Origin: an uncultured bacterium
GTDB taxonomy: Bacteria > Chlamydiota > Chlamydiia > Chlamydiales > Rhabdochlamydiaceae
Assembly: GCA_964571465.1 (NCBI GenBank)
Contig: CAZNAR010000004.1
Span: 20,942-84,941 of the forward strand
Length of the DNA: 64,000 bases
Reading direction: 5' to 3'
Shown here: positions 1-8,746 of the stretch, one piece after another
How the letters are laid out: the number at the start of each line of letters is the position of its first letter
Position numbering within the stretch: the stretch's first letter is position 1
The notes under the pieces: generated by a model
What the model was told of the DNA's origin: nothing
What the model saw: the letters and a program-made list of their open reading frames with translations, nothing else
Database searches by the model: none
Made by a program: the position numbers and the translations under genes

Positions 1-543
1 CTCCTGACAGCCCTTGTTGTATCGAGAGAATGGGAGCGTGGCACGATGGAAGCGCTTATGTCGACAACGGTGGGAATTTGGGAACTCGTCATTGGAAAAG
101 TTATCCCATATTTTTGCTTAGGGATGGGATCGATGACGCTTTGCGTTCTCGTCTCTGTCTTTGTTTATGACTTGCCGATTCGAGGATCGTGTCTTGTCTT
201 AGCAGGTGTTTCTGCACTATTTCTCTTTTGTGCCTTGGGACTTGGTCTCATGATCTCAACAGTTACAAAAAATCAAGTCTTGTCGTATCAAATCACACTG
301 ATTGTCGCCTTTTTGCCTGCTTATATTTTGTCGGGGTTTCTGTTTGAGATTCAAAGTATGCCGAAGTGGATTCAATACTTGACCTACATCATTCCGGCGA
401 AATATTTCGTGCAGAGTTTGCAGAGTCTTTTTTTGGTCGGCAATGTCTGGGATCTCCTTCTAATTGACATGATTCCGATAGTGGGTATTGGCCTCTTCTT
501 TTTTATGATGACTGCACTTAAAACCGTGAAGAGGCTCGATTGA
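1..543 (+). CDS. ABC-2 type transporter permease, C-terminal part (5' end lies outside the window; YbhS-like)
   Basis: The frame is open from base 1 (..SREWERGTMEALMSTTV..). The multi-TM tail is typical of ABC-2 permeases. Its stop overlaps the TTG start of the next permease gene (TTGA). Confidence 0.8.
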   Translation, partial: LLTALVVSREWERGTMEALMSTTVGIWELVIGKVIPYFCLGMGSMTLCVLVSVFVYDLPIRGSCLVLAGVSALFLFCALGLGLMISTVTKNQVLSYQITLIVAFLPAYILSGFLFEIQSMPKWIQYLTYIIPAKYFVQSLQSLFLVGNVWDLLLIDMIPIVGIGLFFFMMTALKTVKRLD

Positions 544-1649
544 AAAGAATTCTCTCCCTCATTTGGAAAGAGCTTCTGACTGTACTGCGGGATAGAAAAG
601 TCCGTCTCTCCATCTTACTTCCACCGATCATTCAGCTCTTTGTCTTCACCTACGCCGCGACTCTCGATGTAAAAAATGTTCCGATTGGGATTTTAAACCG
701 AGACAATGGGGAGCAAGCATTTCTGCTGATCGAGAGGTTTTATGGCACCAAGATTTTCAATAATCACATCATCTTTCTGAAGGGCGTCCAAGAAATCGGA
801 CCTTTTCTTGACCATCAAAAGGGGGTCATGGTCGTTTCGATTGATGAACAATTTTCACGCAACTTAGATGCAGGAAAACCAGCAACGGTGCAACTCATTT
901 TGGATGGACGTAAATCCAACACCGCTCAAATTGTTGCAGGTTACACGAGCCAAATTATTAATCATTTTAACAACGACTATACTGCAGCAGCAGAACTCAA
1001 GGTTCAAAATGTCGAGCTCGTCCCCCGCACTTGGTTCAATCCCAATACCTTGTACTACTGGTATAATATCCCCTGCCTTGTCGGTGTTTTATCGATGCTC
1101 ATTTGCCTTGTTGTGACAACTCAATCAGTTGCTCGTGAGAGAGAACTAGGGACCTTCGACCAGCTTCTGGTCTCACCCCTAATGCCTATTGAGATCCTGA
1201 TTGGGAAAATTATACCTGGAGTCATCATCGGCTTTATGGAGGGAATATTTATGCTTACAATCGGTACGCTAGTGCTAGGCGTCCCCTTCACAGGCTCCCT
1301 TCTTCTTTATTTCTTAAGTCTCTTTGTTTTTGTCTCATCCATCAGCGGAGTCGGTCTTTTCATCTCGTCCCTTTCGCTGACGCAACAACAAGCGATGCTC
1401 GGTACGTTTGTTTTTATGACACCTTCTGTCTTGATGTCAGGCTTTGCCACCCCGATTGAAAATATGCCTGAGTGGCTTCAACCATTTACCTATTTGATCC
1501 CTCTCAGATATATGTTGGTTATATCAAAAGGTCTTTTCCTGAAGGCGATGCCAGCCAGAATTGTTTTAGAGAATGTCTGGCCCCTTTTGATCATTGGATG
1601 CGTTAACTTTATGGGAGCCGCATGGTTTTTCCGAAGAAGACTTCAGTAG
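540..1649 (+). CDS. ABC-2 type transporter permease (YbhR-like)
   Basis: 369 aa. It has an N-terminal TM, a large loop and then 5 TMs, with the ARERELGTFDQLLVSP motif typical of ABC-2 permeases. It is a paralogue of the preceding gene. Confidence 0.85.
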   Translation: MKRILSLIWKELLTVLRDRKVRLSILLPPIIQLFVFTYAATLDVKNVPIGILNRDNGEQAFLLIERFYGTKIFNNHIIFLKGVQEIGPFLDHQKGVMVVSIDEQFSRNLDAGKPATVQLILDGRKSNTAQIVAGYTSQIINHFNNDYTAAAELKVQNVELVPRTWFNPNTLYYWYNIPCLVGVLSMLICLVVTTQSVARERELGTFDQLLVSPLMPIEILIGKIIPGVIIGFMEGIFMLTIGTLVLGVPFTGSLLLYFLSLFVFVSSISGVGLFISSLSLTQQQAMLGTFVFMTPSVLMSGFATPIENMPEWLQPFTYLIPLRYMLVISKGLFLKAMPARIVLENVWPLLIIGCVNFMGAAWFFRRRLQ

Positions 1650-3085
1650 TTCTTTTATTCCTGGCAGGATGTGCCGTGGGGCCTAACTACAAAGAACCTG
1701 AAAATAAGGTCTCAAACACTTGGTCGGCGCCTGCAGAAGTTTCAAACGACACACCCCTAGTGGAATGGTGGAAAGTTTTTAACGACGACCTGCTCAACAA
1801 ATATATTGCTAAAGCTGTTGAATATAACAACGACGTCTTGACGGCCGAATCGAATATCTTGCTAGCACGGGCGATGAGACAAGTCGCTGCCTCGTCTTTT
1901 TTTCCTCAAATTGGCGCCGACGTGAATGCGACGAAAACCTACTTCAGTAAAAATGGACCGATCTTTCAATCAGATCCCAGTCTTGGAAAACTCCCAGGAA
2001 CCGTTTCACCGGCCACAGGCCTTTCATTCAGCCCTCAAACGCCTCAGATTCAACATCTCTACAACGCTCTCTTTGACGCTTCATGGGAAATTGATCTTTT
2101 TGGAAAAACACGTCGCACCGTTGAAGCTGCAAATGCCCTCATCGGGCGGGCGATTGAACTTAAGAATGATACGTTGATCACCGTGATGGCAGAAATTGCA
2201 CGTCATTACCTTGAGCTGCGCAGTCTCCAAAGAAAAACAGAGCTGACCGAAGAAAATATACGGTTGCTTGAGCAAAAAATGTCGATTGTCCAGCAACAAC
2301 TCGATAGTGGCTATGTCAGTTGTGTCAGTTACGAATATATCCATGCCCAGCTCGCCACTGAAAAAGCACTCCTGCCCGATATCCAAGCTCAAACGTACCG
2401 GGCCATCTACACCCTCTCGATTTTAACTGGCGATGTTCCTGAAACACTTGTCGAAGAGCTTCTAATCCCCCGTGCTCTTCCCCACGTTCCTGAAACCGTT
2501 GCAGTAGGACTCCGCTCTGATCTTCTCCGTAGACGCCCAGATGTTCGAAAAGTCGAACGGGAACTGGCCGCTGCCACTGCCGCCATTGGAATCGCCGTTG
2601 CTTCATTTTTCCCGTCCATTACGTTGTTTGGAGATGGAGGATTTCAATCACTTGCGATCAAAAACCTTTTCAATATGGGAAGTAAAACCTGGGCGCTCGG
2701 CGGTGACATCCTCATGCCGATCTTCCAAGGCGGTCGCCTCATGGGAAACTTAAAAGCTGCACGTGCAGAAACGGCCGCGACAGCTCATCGGTACCAACAA
2801 ACGGTTCTCAGTGCGCTTGAAGAAACTGAAACAGCTCTCATGACCTACACGCAAGCTCTCAAGACGTGCCTTGAGAAAAAAGAGGCTACTGAAAAATACC
2901 ACAACCTTGTTCACTTAAACCGAGAAAGACATCTGCACGGGCTAGTTGCACTGACCGATTTAATTGACACCGAGCGAGAACTCAACGCCTCTGAGCAATC
3001 TCTCCTTGAAAGCGATACTGCTTCTCTTCTTGATCTGGTCGCACTTTACAAATCCTTGGGTGGCGGATGGGAAATAAATAATTAA
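1622..3085 (+). CDS. Outer-membrane efflux lipoprotein, NodT/OprM (OMF) family
   Basis: Lipobox LLFLAGC followed by AVGPNYKEP, the hallmark N-terminus of NodT-family factors. It also has two TolC-like repeats and a C-terminal LYKSLGGGW motif. Confidence 0.85.
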   Translation: MVFPKKTSVVLLFLAGCAVGPNYKEPENKVSNTWSAPAEVSNDTPLVEWWKVFNDDLLNKYIAKAVEYNNDVLTAESNILLARAMRQVAASSFFPQIGADVNATKTYFSKNGPIFQSDPSLGKLPGTVSPATGLSFSPQTPQIQHLYNALFDASWEIDLFGKTRRTVEAANALIGRAIELKNDTLITVMAEIARHYLELRSLQRKTELTEENIRLLEQKMSIVQQQLDSGYVSCVSYEYIHAQLATEKALLPDIQAQTYRAIYTLSILTGDVPETLVEELLIPRALPHVPETVAVGLRSDLLRRRPDVRKVERELAAATAAIGIAVASFFPSITLFGDGGFQSLAIKNLFNMGSKTWALGGDILMPIFQGGRLMGNLKAARAETAATAHRYQQTVLSALEETETALMTYTQALKTCLEKKEATEKYHNLVHLNRERHLHGLVALTDLIDTERELNASEQSLLESDTASLLDLVALYKSLGGGWEINN

Positions 3086-3105
3086 TTTTATACATTGGCA
3101 AAAGT

Positions 3106-6100
3106 ATGTCCAAAAAAAAATTTCTCCTTTCCTATGTTTTATTTTCAGTAGCTCATCTAGGAGCTCAACCCGTGGATCCGCATGTCCTCCAAGGAGATGC
3201 GAAATTTCATTCTCCTGATCCTCAAACACTCGAAATTCAAACGGGCCATCATACAAAGATTCAGTGGAATGAGTTTTCAATTGCTCGTGGAGAAACGACA
3301 CGCTTTATCCAGCCCTCTTCTAGTGCCGTGGTGATCAACCAAGTGATGGGGCTCAACCGGAGTGATCTTCTTGGAACTTTAACAGCGAATGGACACATTT
3401 ACATAATCAATCCACAAGGAATTTTTATTGGCCCTGATGCATTTATTCAGACGGCGGGATTTATTGCGACCACTTTTGATCAACTCACCCTGAACGAAGA
3501 AGGGCAACCTCTTCATTTCAAGGGGGACTCTTTAAAAGGAATTACTCATCTAGGAGAGATTCAAACGGCGGGCGGGTGCGTGATGCTCGTCGCTGCACAA
3601 ATCGATCTGAAAGGGAAGATTGAAGGTGGAGATATTATTGCCACTGCTGCTCCGGAGGTCTGGATCAAACCGACTGAAAAGGGAATCTATCTCATTCCAC
3701 AAGTCTCTCTTTCTGAAATTGAAAACTCCCTGGATCCCATGGAGTTCGTGATTAAACAAGAAGGGCTTATCCGAGCCACAGGGTGTGTCGAAAACGAAGG
3801 TCGTATTTACCTTGTTGCCAGCCAAAGCGCAACTGTAGAGGGGCAGCTTAAAGGGCACCTAATTGATCTCCTGGGATCTCAAGTTATTCTCGAAGAGAAA
3901 GGAGAGATCGATGTCTCGAACAACGGCACAGGGGGATCTGTACGGATTGGGGGTGATTACCAAGGAAGCAATTCTGAAGTCCCTAACGCCTCTACAACCT
4001 TCATGAAAGGAACCATTTTGGCCAATTCCCTTGAGAGTGGGAATGGAGGCCGTGTCATTTTATGGGGAAATAATGTTTGTGATTTCCAAGGAAAGATTCA
4101 AGCCGTTGGAGGAGCACACTCAGGAGATGGTGGGTTCGTTGAGATTTCAAGTCCTTTAGGCTTGAATTTCCGTGGCGCCGTTGACCTGAAAGCACCTCTT
4201 GGCAAAACAGGATTACTTCTTCTTGATCCCTTTGACCTCACTGTTCAACCCAACGGTGGCGTTAACACAAATGTCACAATCACCGGAGCGTGTCCTGCAG
4301 GAACAAACTATCAAGCCTCGATTGCAGGCGGTGGAATCATTGACAATGGTCTTTTAGCAACAGCTCTTAATAACTGTAATGTGACACTTCAAACTTCAGC
4401 TGGCTCCAATGGGGATATCTACATTCTCGAAGCGATCACAGGCTGGACACAACCGACAACACTAACACTTCAAGCAGATCATAGTGTCAATTGGAACTGG
4501 GCCGCAGGAACAACGGCTCATTTTACAGAAACACCGAGTGGGTCTCTTAATATCCAAGCAAATACCGATATCAACTTTGTCATTCCCGCAGGACAATCGA
4601 ATCGTACATTAGGTTTTCATACAGGCACTGGATCGATCACTTTAAATGCAGCGAATCAAATCACACTCAGCGATGGTTCAGGAAATAATAATTCTGTCGG
4701 AATTATGTCGGAAACAGGCGCGACGCAAATCACGACGGGTAACATGGTCCTCACTTCAACAGGAAACCCTCAAATCAATGAAGGGGTCTGTATCGGAGTT
4801 AATGACTTGATGTTTAATGGTGGAGCATGTTTTGGCACTACCATCAACAACCCTATGACTTTTAACGTTTCTGGCACTGTAGATTTAGTCGCCAACAAAG
4901 GGAAAATCCAGATCGGTAATGCGATTGATACCGACACCTTAACCTCTTTGGCTGGAACGATCACTTTTACAAATATTGGAAGTTCCCTTCAGCTCATTGG
5001 AACAGAGTCTGTCATACAAATAGGCCATGAGCTGATTGGCGTAACAAGTGGACCCGCATCGATGTCCAATTGCGATATCAATTTTAATAACATCGCAGGC
5101 AATGTCTTACTCCAAGCTAATGAAAGCCTTCTCAAGATCGGTCATACGACAGGTACATTTACTTATACACTCAATGGAGCCATCAATATGCAAAATATTG
5201 GGGGCAGCTTTACCATCAGTGATACCACTCCTTCATTGAATATTTCGTCCATCCATATAGGCCACAGTGCTGAAATTATCAACAACCCCCCAGGCTCCTA
5301 CAACATCAATGGTAATATCTTGCTGGGACCTATCCAGAATGACTTCTCTATGACAACTGATTATGGGGATTGTTTTGTCGGTCATGATGTCCTACGTTAC
5401 GACGATACAGTCAGCGGTGATATCACCTTGCATGCTTTAGGTGGCTCACCGAGTGTTCTCATTCATTCTGGGGTCTCTGGATTTGCTGATGGAAGTGGAT
5501 TTGCTGGCATCGGCCATTTAGATGCACTCCTCAGTAGACCCCATGGTTCCAATGTCACAACAATAGGTCCCGAAGCGATTAACATCACTGCTCAAAATGG
5601 GCTCTCTCTTCTTTCGTCTTCCAATCAACTCGCGTACATCGGTTTTTATAACCCTTCGCCTACGGTTACACCTCACACTGAAAACATCAACATCTCAGCC
5701 CTTAACATCACAACAGGTGCCGGACAACCCCTAACGATGATAGGTGGATCTACAGCCGCACTTGGGAAAGCCTTTATTGGTGCTCAAAATTCATCTGGAA
5801 CCCTGGTCTGCCCTATTACAATCCAAGGCCCCCCTGTCATGCAAATGACAGTCCCTACAGGAACTGGACAAGCCCTTATCCAAAACACAGCGTCAGGTGC
5901 AGCTTCGACTATCACTGTTAATACTCAATCTCTAGCACTGAATGCAGGGTCGGGAACCTGTATGATTTCGTCCGCGGACAGTTTGACTGTAACTTCCTCC
6001 ACAGGATCGATCTCTCTTGCCAATGACTCTCAATTCCGCTCTGTTTTAGACACCCTACTGACCAGCCAGCAAGATTTGACACTGACAGGCATTGCGCAGA

Positions 6101-6774
6101 TTGCTTCGAGCAGGGCACTCCTGGCACAAGCCACCCTTGGATCTATTTCCATAGGCTCTCTCTCTTCCATGACCGCTGTGGCTGATTCCACTCTCACCGG
6201 CGGTGTAAACATCTCTCTAGGAGCCAATGGTTTTGTGACGATCTCTAACGGTTCTCTCGAACTTATCGTAGACAACTTGTTTCCCACATCCCCCACTAGA
6301 GGACCGGGTGCTTTCATATTGAGCAGTGGAGCTTCTGTTTTCTCTCCAGTAACCTTAAAAATCTACACCTCGTCCAGAGACCAAAATAATGTGAGCGGAC
6401 TCCTTAACGGTCAACCGTTTGTTCCAGGAGCACTTTTTGTTGACAGCTCTCAAGAAAGATGGGAGACGTACTATCCTTTTGCAGGCCTCGGCTCACCCTT
6501 TACGCTCTTCTATAAAAATGGGCCCACACCACCGCCAGCACCTCCTTTTGGACCTAATGGGACAGTTACAGGAACAATGAGTTTCCATCGATTTGCCTCA
6601 GAATATCTTCAAGATCTGCAAAGGTTTGATGAAATTACCATTGAACCTTATGTTTTAATTGTCGATCTCGACTTCCCTGTGCAGAAAGGGACCGAGTCCT
6701 ACAAGTTCCTAGTCCCATATCGTCGCGACTATCATTTAAAGTGGCTCGAGCCGGCAACCTTTTTAGGGCGCTAA
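3106..6774 (+). CDS. Large secreted beta-helical exoprotein with an N-terminal TPS (haemagglutination activity) domain, TpsA/FHA-like
   Basis: It has a signal peptide. The stretch NEFSIARGETTRFIQPSSSAVVINQVMG..SDLLGTLTANGHIYIINPQGIFIG matches the TPS-domain signature (NPNG-like INPQG). Downstream lies GDGGFVEISS..GLLLLDPFDLTV, which is typical of FHA-family exoproteins. A long Gly/Asn/Thr-rich repeat region follows. Confidence 0.8.
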   Translation: MSKKKFLLSYVLFSVAHLGAQPVDPHVLQGDAKFHSPDPQTLEIQTGHHTKIQWNEFSIARGETTRFIQPSSSAVVINQVMGLNRSDLLGTLTANGHIYIINPQGIFIGPDAFIQTAGFIATTFDQLTLNEEGQPLHFKGDSLKGITHLGEIQTAGGCVMLVAAQIDLKGKIEGGDIIATAAPEVWIKPTEKGIYLIPQVSLSEIENSLDPMEFVIKQEGLIRATGCVENEGRIYLVASQSATVEGQLKGHLIDLLGSQVILEEKGEIDVSNNGTGGSVRIGGDYQGSNSEVPNASTTFMKGTILANSLESGNGGRVILWGNNVCDFQGKIQAVGGAHSGDGGFVEISSPLGLNFRGAVDLKAPLGKTGLLLLDPFDLTVQPNGGVNTNVTITGACPAGTNYQASIAGGGIIDNGLLATALNNCNVTLQTSAGSNGDIYILEAITGWTQPTTLTLQADHSVNWNWAAGTTAHFTETPSGSLNIQANTDINFVIPAGQSNRTLGFHTGTGSITLNAANQITLSDGSGNNNSVGIMSETGATQITTGNMVLTSTGNPQINEGVCIGVNDLMFNGGACFGTTINNPMTFNVSGTVDLVANKGKIQIGNAIDTDTLTSLAGTITFTNIGSSLQLIGTESVIQIGHELIGVTSGPASMSNCDINFNNIAGNVLLQANESLLKIGHTTGTFTYTLNGAINMQNIGGSFTISDTTPSLNISSIHIGHSAEIINNPPGSYNINGNILLGPIQNDFSMTTDYGDCFVGHDVLRYDDTVSGDITLHALGGSPSVLIHSGVSGFADGSGFAGIGHLDALLSRPHGSNVTTIGPEAINITAQNGLSLLSSSNQLAYIGFYNPSPTVTPHTENINISALNITTGAGQPLTMIGGSTAALGKAFIGAQNSSGTLVCPITIQGPPVMQMTVPTGTGQALIQNTASGAASTITVNTQSLALNAGSGTCMISSADSLTVTSSTGSISLANDSQFRSVLDTLLTSQQDLTLTGIAQIASSRALLAQATLGSISIGSLSSMTAVADSTLTGGVNISLGANGFVTISNGSLELIVDNLFPTSPTRGPGAFILSSGASVFSPVTLKIYTSSRDQNNVSGLLNGQPFVPGALFVDSSQERWETYYPFAGLGSPFTLFYKNGPTPPPAPPFGPNGTVTGTMSFHRFASEYLQDLQRFDEITIEPYVLIVDLDFPVQKGTESYKFLVPYRRDYHLKWLEPATFLGR

Positions 6775-7785
6775 TTGAGCAAGCTGCTCATCGATTTGTT
6801 TGATTTCAGCATGACAGTGATTGATCCCGTCGCGAATTTCTTCCGCAATCAAGTGGTATTTCCGATTATGCAAAATAAGCCATTTTACTAGATATTCTCT
6901 CATTTTCTGATTCTCTTCTGAGAGGTGCAGCGAATTGACCTTGTCTATGCTTGCGATGACACTTTCCCAGAGAGGGATGATTTTAGTTTCAATAAAGATT
7001 AAGACTTCTTGCTGATGAGAAGGGAACTCTGCTTCATACTGACGCTGGGTCTCTTCCATCGCTTGAATATTATTGACGAATTCATAGAAATGAATGGTGT
7101 CTGTTTTCTGCAGATTCTTCAAAATTCCCTGCGATGCTAACGCTGCAATAAGAATCACAACAGGGTAAGTCCATTTTCTAAAATGCTTTTTAAAACGGTG
7201 ATCGATCAACGCGAGATAGTAAATATACCCTAAAACAATTCCGCTTATAAGTCCCCCTACGTGAGCAGCCATATCGATACCAGGTTGCATTCCATAGGCA
7301 AGATTGACCACAATCAAAATTCCGATTCGCTTGAAGTAAGCTTCTTGAATATCTGAGTTGAATAAGTTGGTTGTAATTAAAGCAAAAAAGACTCCAATAA
7401 TCCCAAACACTGCCCCCGACGCACCAGCACCCACAATATTATCTTGAATGTGCCACGCTTGACTTATGAGTCCGCCGAAAACCCCTGTCACAAAATAGGC
7501 AACTGCAAAGCGGAATTTTCCAAGAATAAGTTCAAGTCGACTACCCATGTCAAAGAGCAAGTACATATTCATGAGAAGATGGAGAAAACCAAAATGAACA
7601 AACATACAGGTGATCAGACGCCACCATTCACCCTTTAAAATAACCGTGATGCTGCTACAAGCACCCCATTCAAGGGCCTGCTGAGGCGTTGGCTCAAAAA
7701 ACGAAACTCCGGCCGCTATCATTAATACAAAAACAAGAACATTAATGACGATCAACGCGGGAGTGACTACACTATTTATTTTCAT
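6763..7785 (-). CDS. Rhomboid family intramembrane serine protease with a C-terminal helical extension
   Basis: Motifs WRLITCMFVHFGFLHLLMNM, GASGAVFG (catalytic Ser) and AHVGGLISG (catalytic His). A ~130-aa non-membrane tail follows. Confidence 0.85.
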   Translation of the reverse strand: MKINSVVTPALIVINVLVFVLMIAAGVSFFEPTPQQALEWGACSSITVILKGEWWRLITCMFVHFGFLHLLMNMYLLFDMGSRLELILGKFRFAVAYFVTGVFGGLISQAWHIQDNIVGAGASGAVFGIIGVFFALITTNLFNSDIQEAYFKRIGILIVVNLAYGMQPGIDMAAHVGGLISGIVLGYIYYLALIDHRFKKHFRKWTYPVVILIAALASQGILKNLQKTDTIHFYEFVNNIQAMEETQRQYEAEFPSHQQEVLIFIETKIIPLWESVIASIDKVNSLHLSEENQKMREYLVKWLILHNRKYHLIAEEIRDGINHCHAEIKQIDEQLAQLAP

Positions 7786-8092
7786 TTATGCTACACCAAT
7801 GATTGACCGCATTTCCTACATACCCTGTCGCAAATGAGATAAGAGCAATCGTCACAACTCTATACCCCATCGCTGACATGATTAGAGGAGTCGGCTTTTG
7901 GAATTTTGTCGCATGGGCATAGACAGCCGTAAATCCTGTTATGAATAGAGAGGCAGCAACACCGATATTCCACCTGTGGAGTCGCTCAAATCGCGGATCT
8001 CTATCTTCCTTGCTACCCTGCCATGCGAAGTAGTTTCTCGCTGCATTCAACAAGATAATAGGCGTTCCACATGCCGATATAATACTGTACAT
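7772..8092 (-). CDS. Small hydrophobic protein (paralogue A of a two-member family in this window)
   Basis: 106 aa. GGAGG lies 8 nt upstream of the ATG. The protein is similar in length and pattern to ORF 10524..10826 (MY-start, W-containing loop, ..A.NHWC C-terminus). Confidence 0.6.
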   Translation of the reverse strand: MYSIISACGTPIILLNAARNYFAWQGSKEDRDPRFERLHRWNIGVAASLFITGFTAVYAHATKFQKPTPLIMSAMGYRVVTIALISFATGYVGNAVNHWCSINENK

Positions 8093-8170
8093 ACCATCTG
8101 CCTCCGCAACTATTATAAGCTAGAAATTTTTTTATTAGAACTTTATCGTTTTTCCCATAAAGGAGATTTT

Positions 8171-8746
8171 ATGAAAAATAGGATGCTCTGTTGTTTACTG
8201 CTACCTATCGCATTGTTTGGTCGCTCTTTCGAAAAGCTTCCAAAGCCTCAATTTGAAACCTATGAGAAGATTTCACTCCAAGAATTCTCTAAGATGGTCC
8301 ATGAAGGAGTTGCTCCTAAAAAACTCCACAACATTTTAATTGAATGTCCTGCTGGAACCGAGATTCCTTTCAAATTTTCTCTTCGGGGAGATATTTTCTC
8401 CTTTGAACCGACCTCTGATGTTAAATTCAGCATCAAAGTGCTTAAAACATGTTACCTCACCCATTTACCCAGCCTAGGGCTTGTCTTCAGTACAGACTTA
8501 AAAGACTGGAGAAAAGCCGAGGAGTTTTTTGTCGGAAAATTCGCTGCAGCTTTTATGATGGAAAATCAAATCCCCACCAGCTGCTTCGAGCTTGAGCTCC
8601 ATGAAAAAACCAACCGCATTGAATTTCCTATCGGATTTTCTTGGACTCCCCAGACCTACCCTCATACCAAAACCCAGTATTCCTACCGCTATAACAGTGA
8701 ACCGTTTCCTCACCATGTTTGGGAACCTAAGGAAGACAATCAGTAA
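8171..8746 (+). CDS. Hypothetical secreted protein
   Basis: The start is set at the ATG at 8171, preceded by AGGAG at 8161. The N-terminus MKNRMLCCLLLPIALFG looks like a signal peptide. I recognised no family motif. Confidence 0.6.
   Translation: MKNRMLCCLLLPIALFGRSFEKLPKPQFETYEKISLQEFSKMVHEGVAPKKLHNILIECPAGTEIPFKFSLRGDIFSFEPTSDVKFSIKVLKTCYLTHLPSLGLVFSTDLKDWRKAEEFFVGKFAAAFMMENQIPTSCFELELHEKTNRIEFPIGFSWTPQTYPHTKTQYSYRYNSEPFPHHVWEPKEDNQ

Noticed and set aside
3106-6774. Possibility that the 1222-aa exoprotein is a chlamydial polymorphic membrane protein (Pmp autotransporter).
   Set aside because: I did not see the multiple GGA[ILV] and FxxN tetrapeptide repeats of Pmps, nor a C-terminal beta-barrel-like region ending in an aromatic residue. 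The N-terminus instead matches a TPS domain. It is called TpsA-like.
7976-8170. N-terminal extension of ORF 7976..8746, and similar long N-terminal extensions in the ORF track: 18906..20345, 21165..22451, 33980..35410, 53482.., 56998.. and 60810..61697.
   Set aside because: - The extensions overlap neighbouring genes or a terminator hairpin.
- The sequences they add are not conserved-looking.
- Internal ATGs coincide with RBSs, signal peptides or the canonical N-termini of the families (GxGxxG, RHG and others).
- The shorter starts were used.
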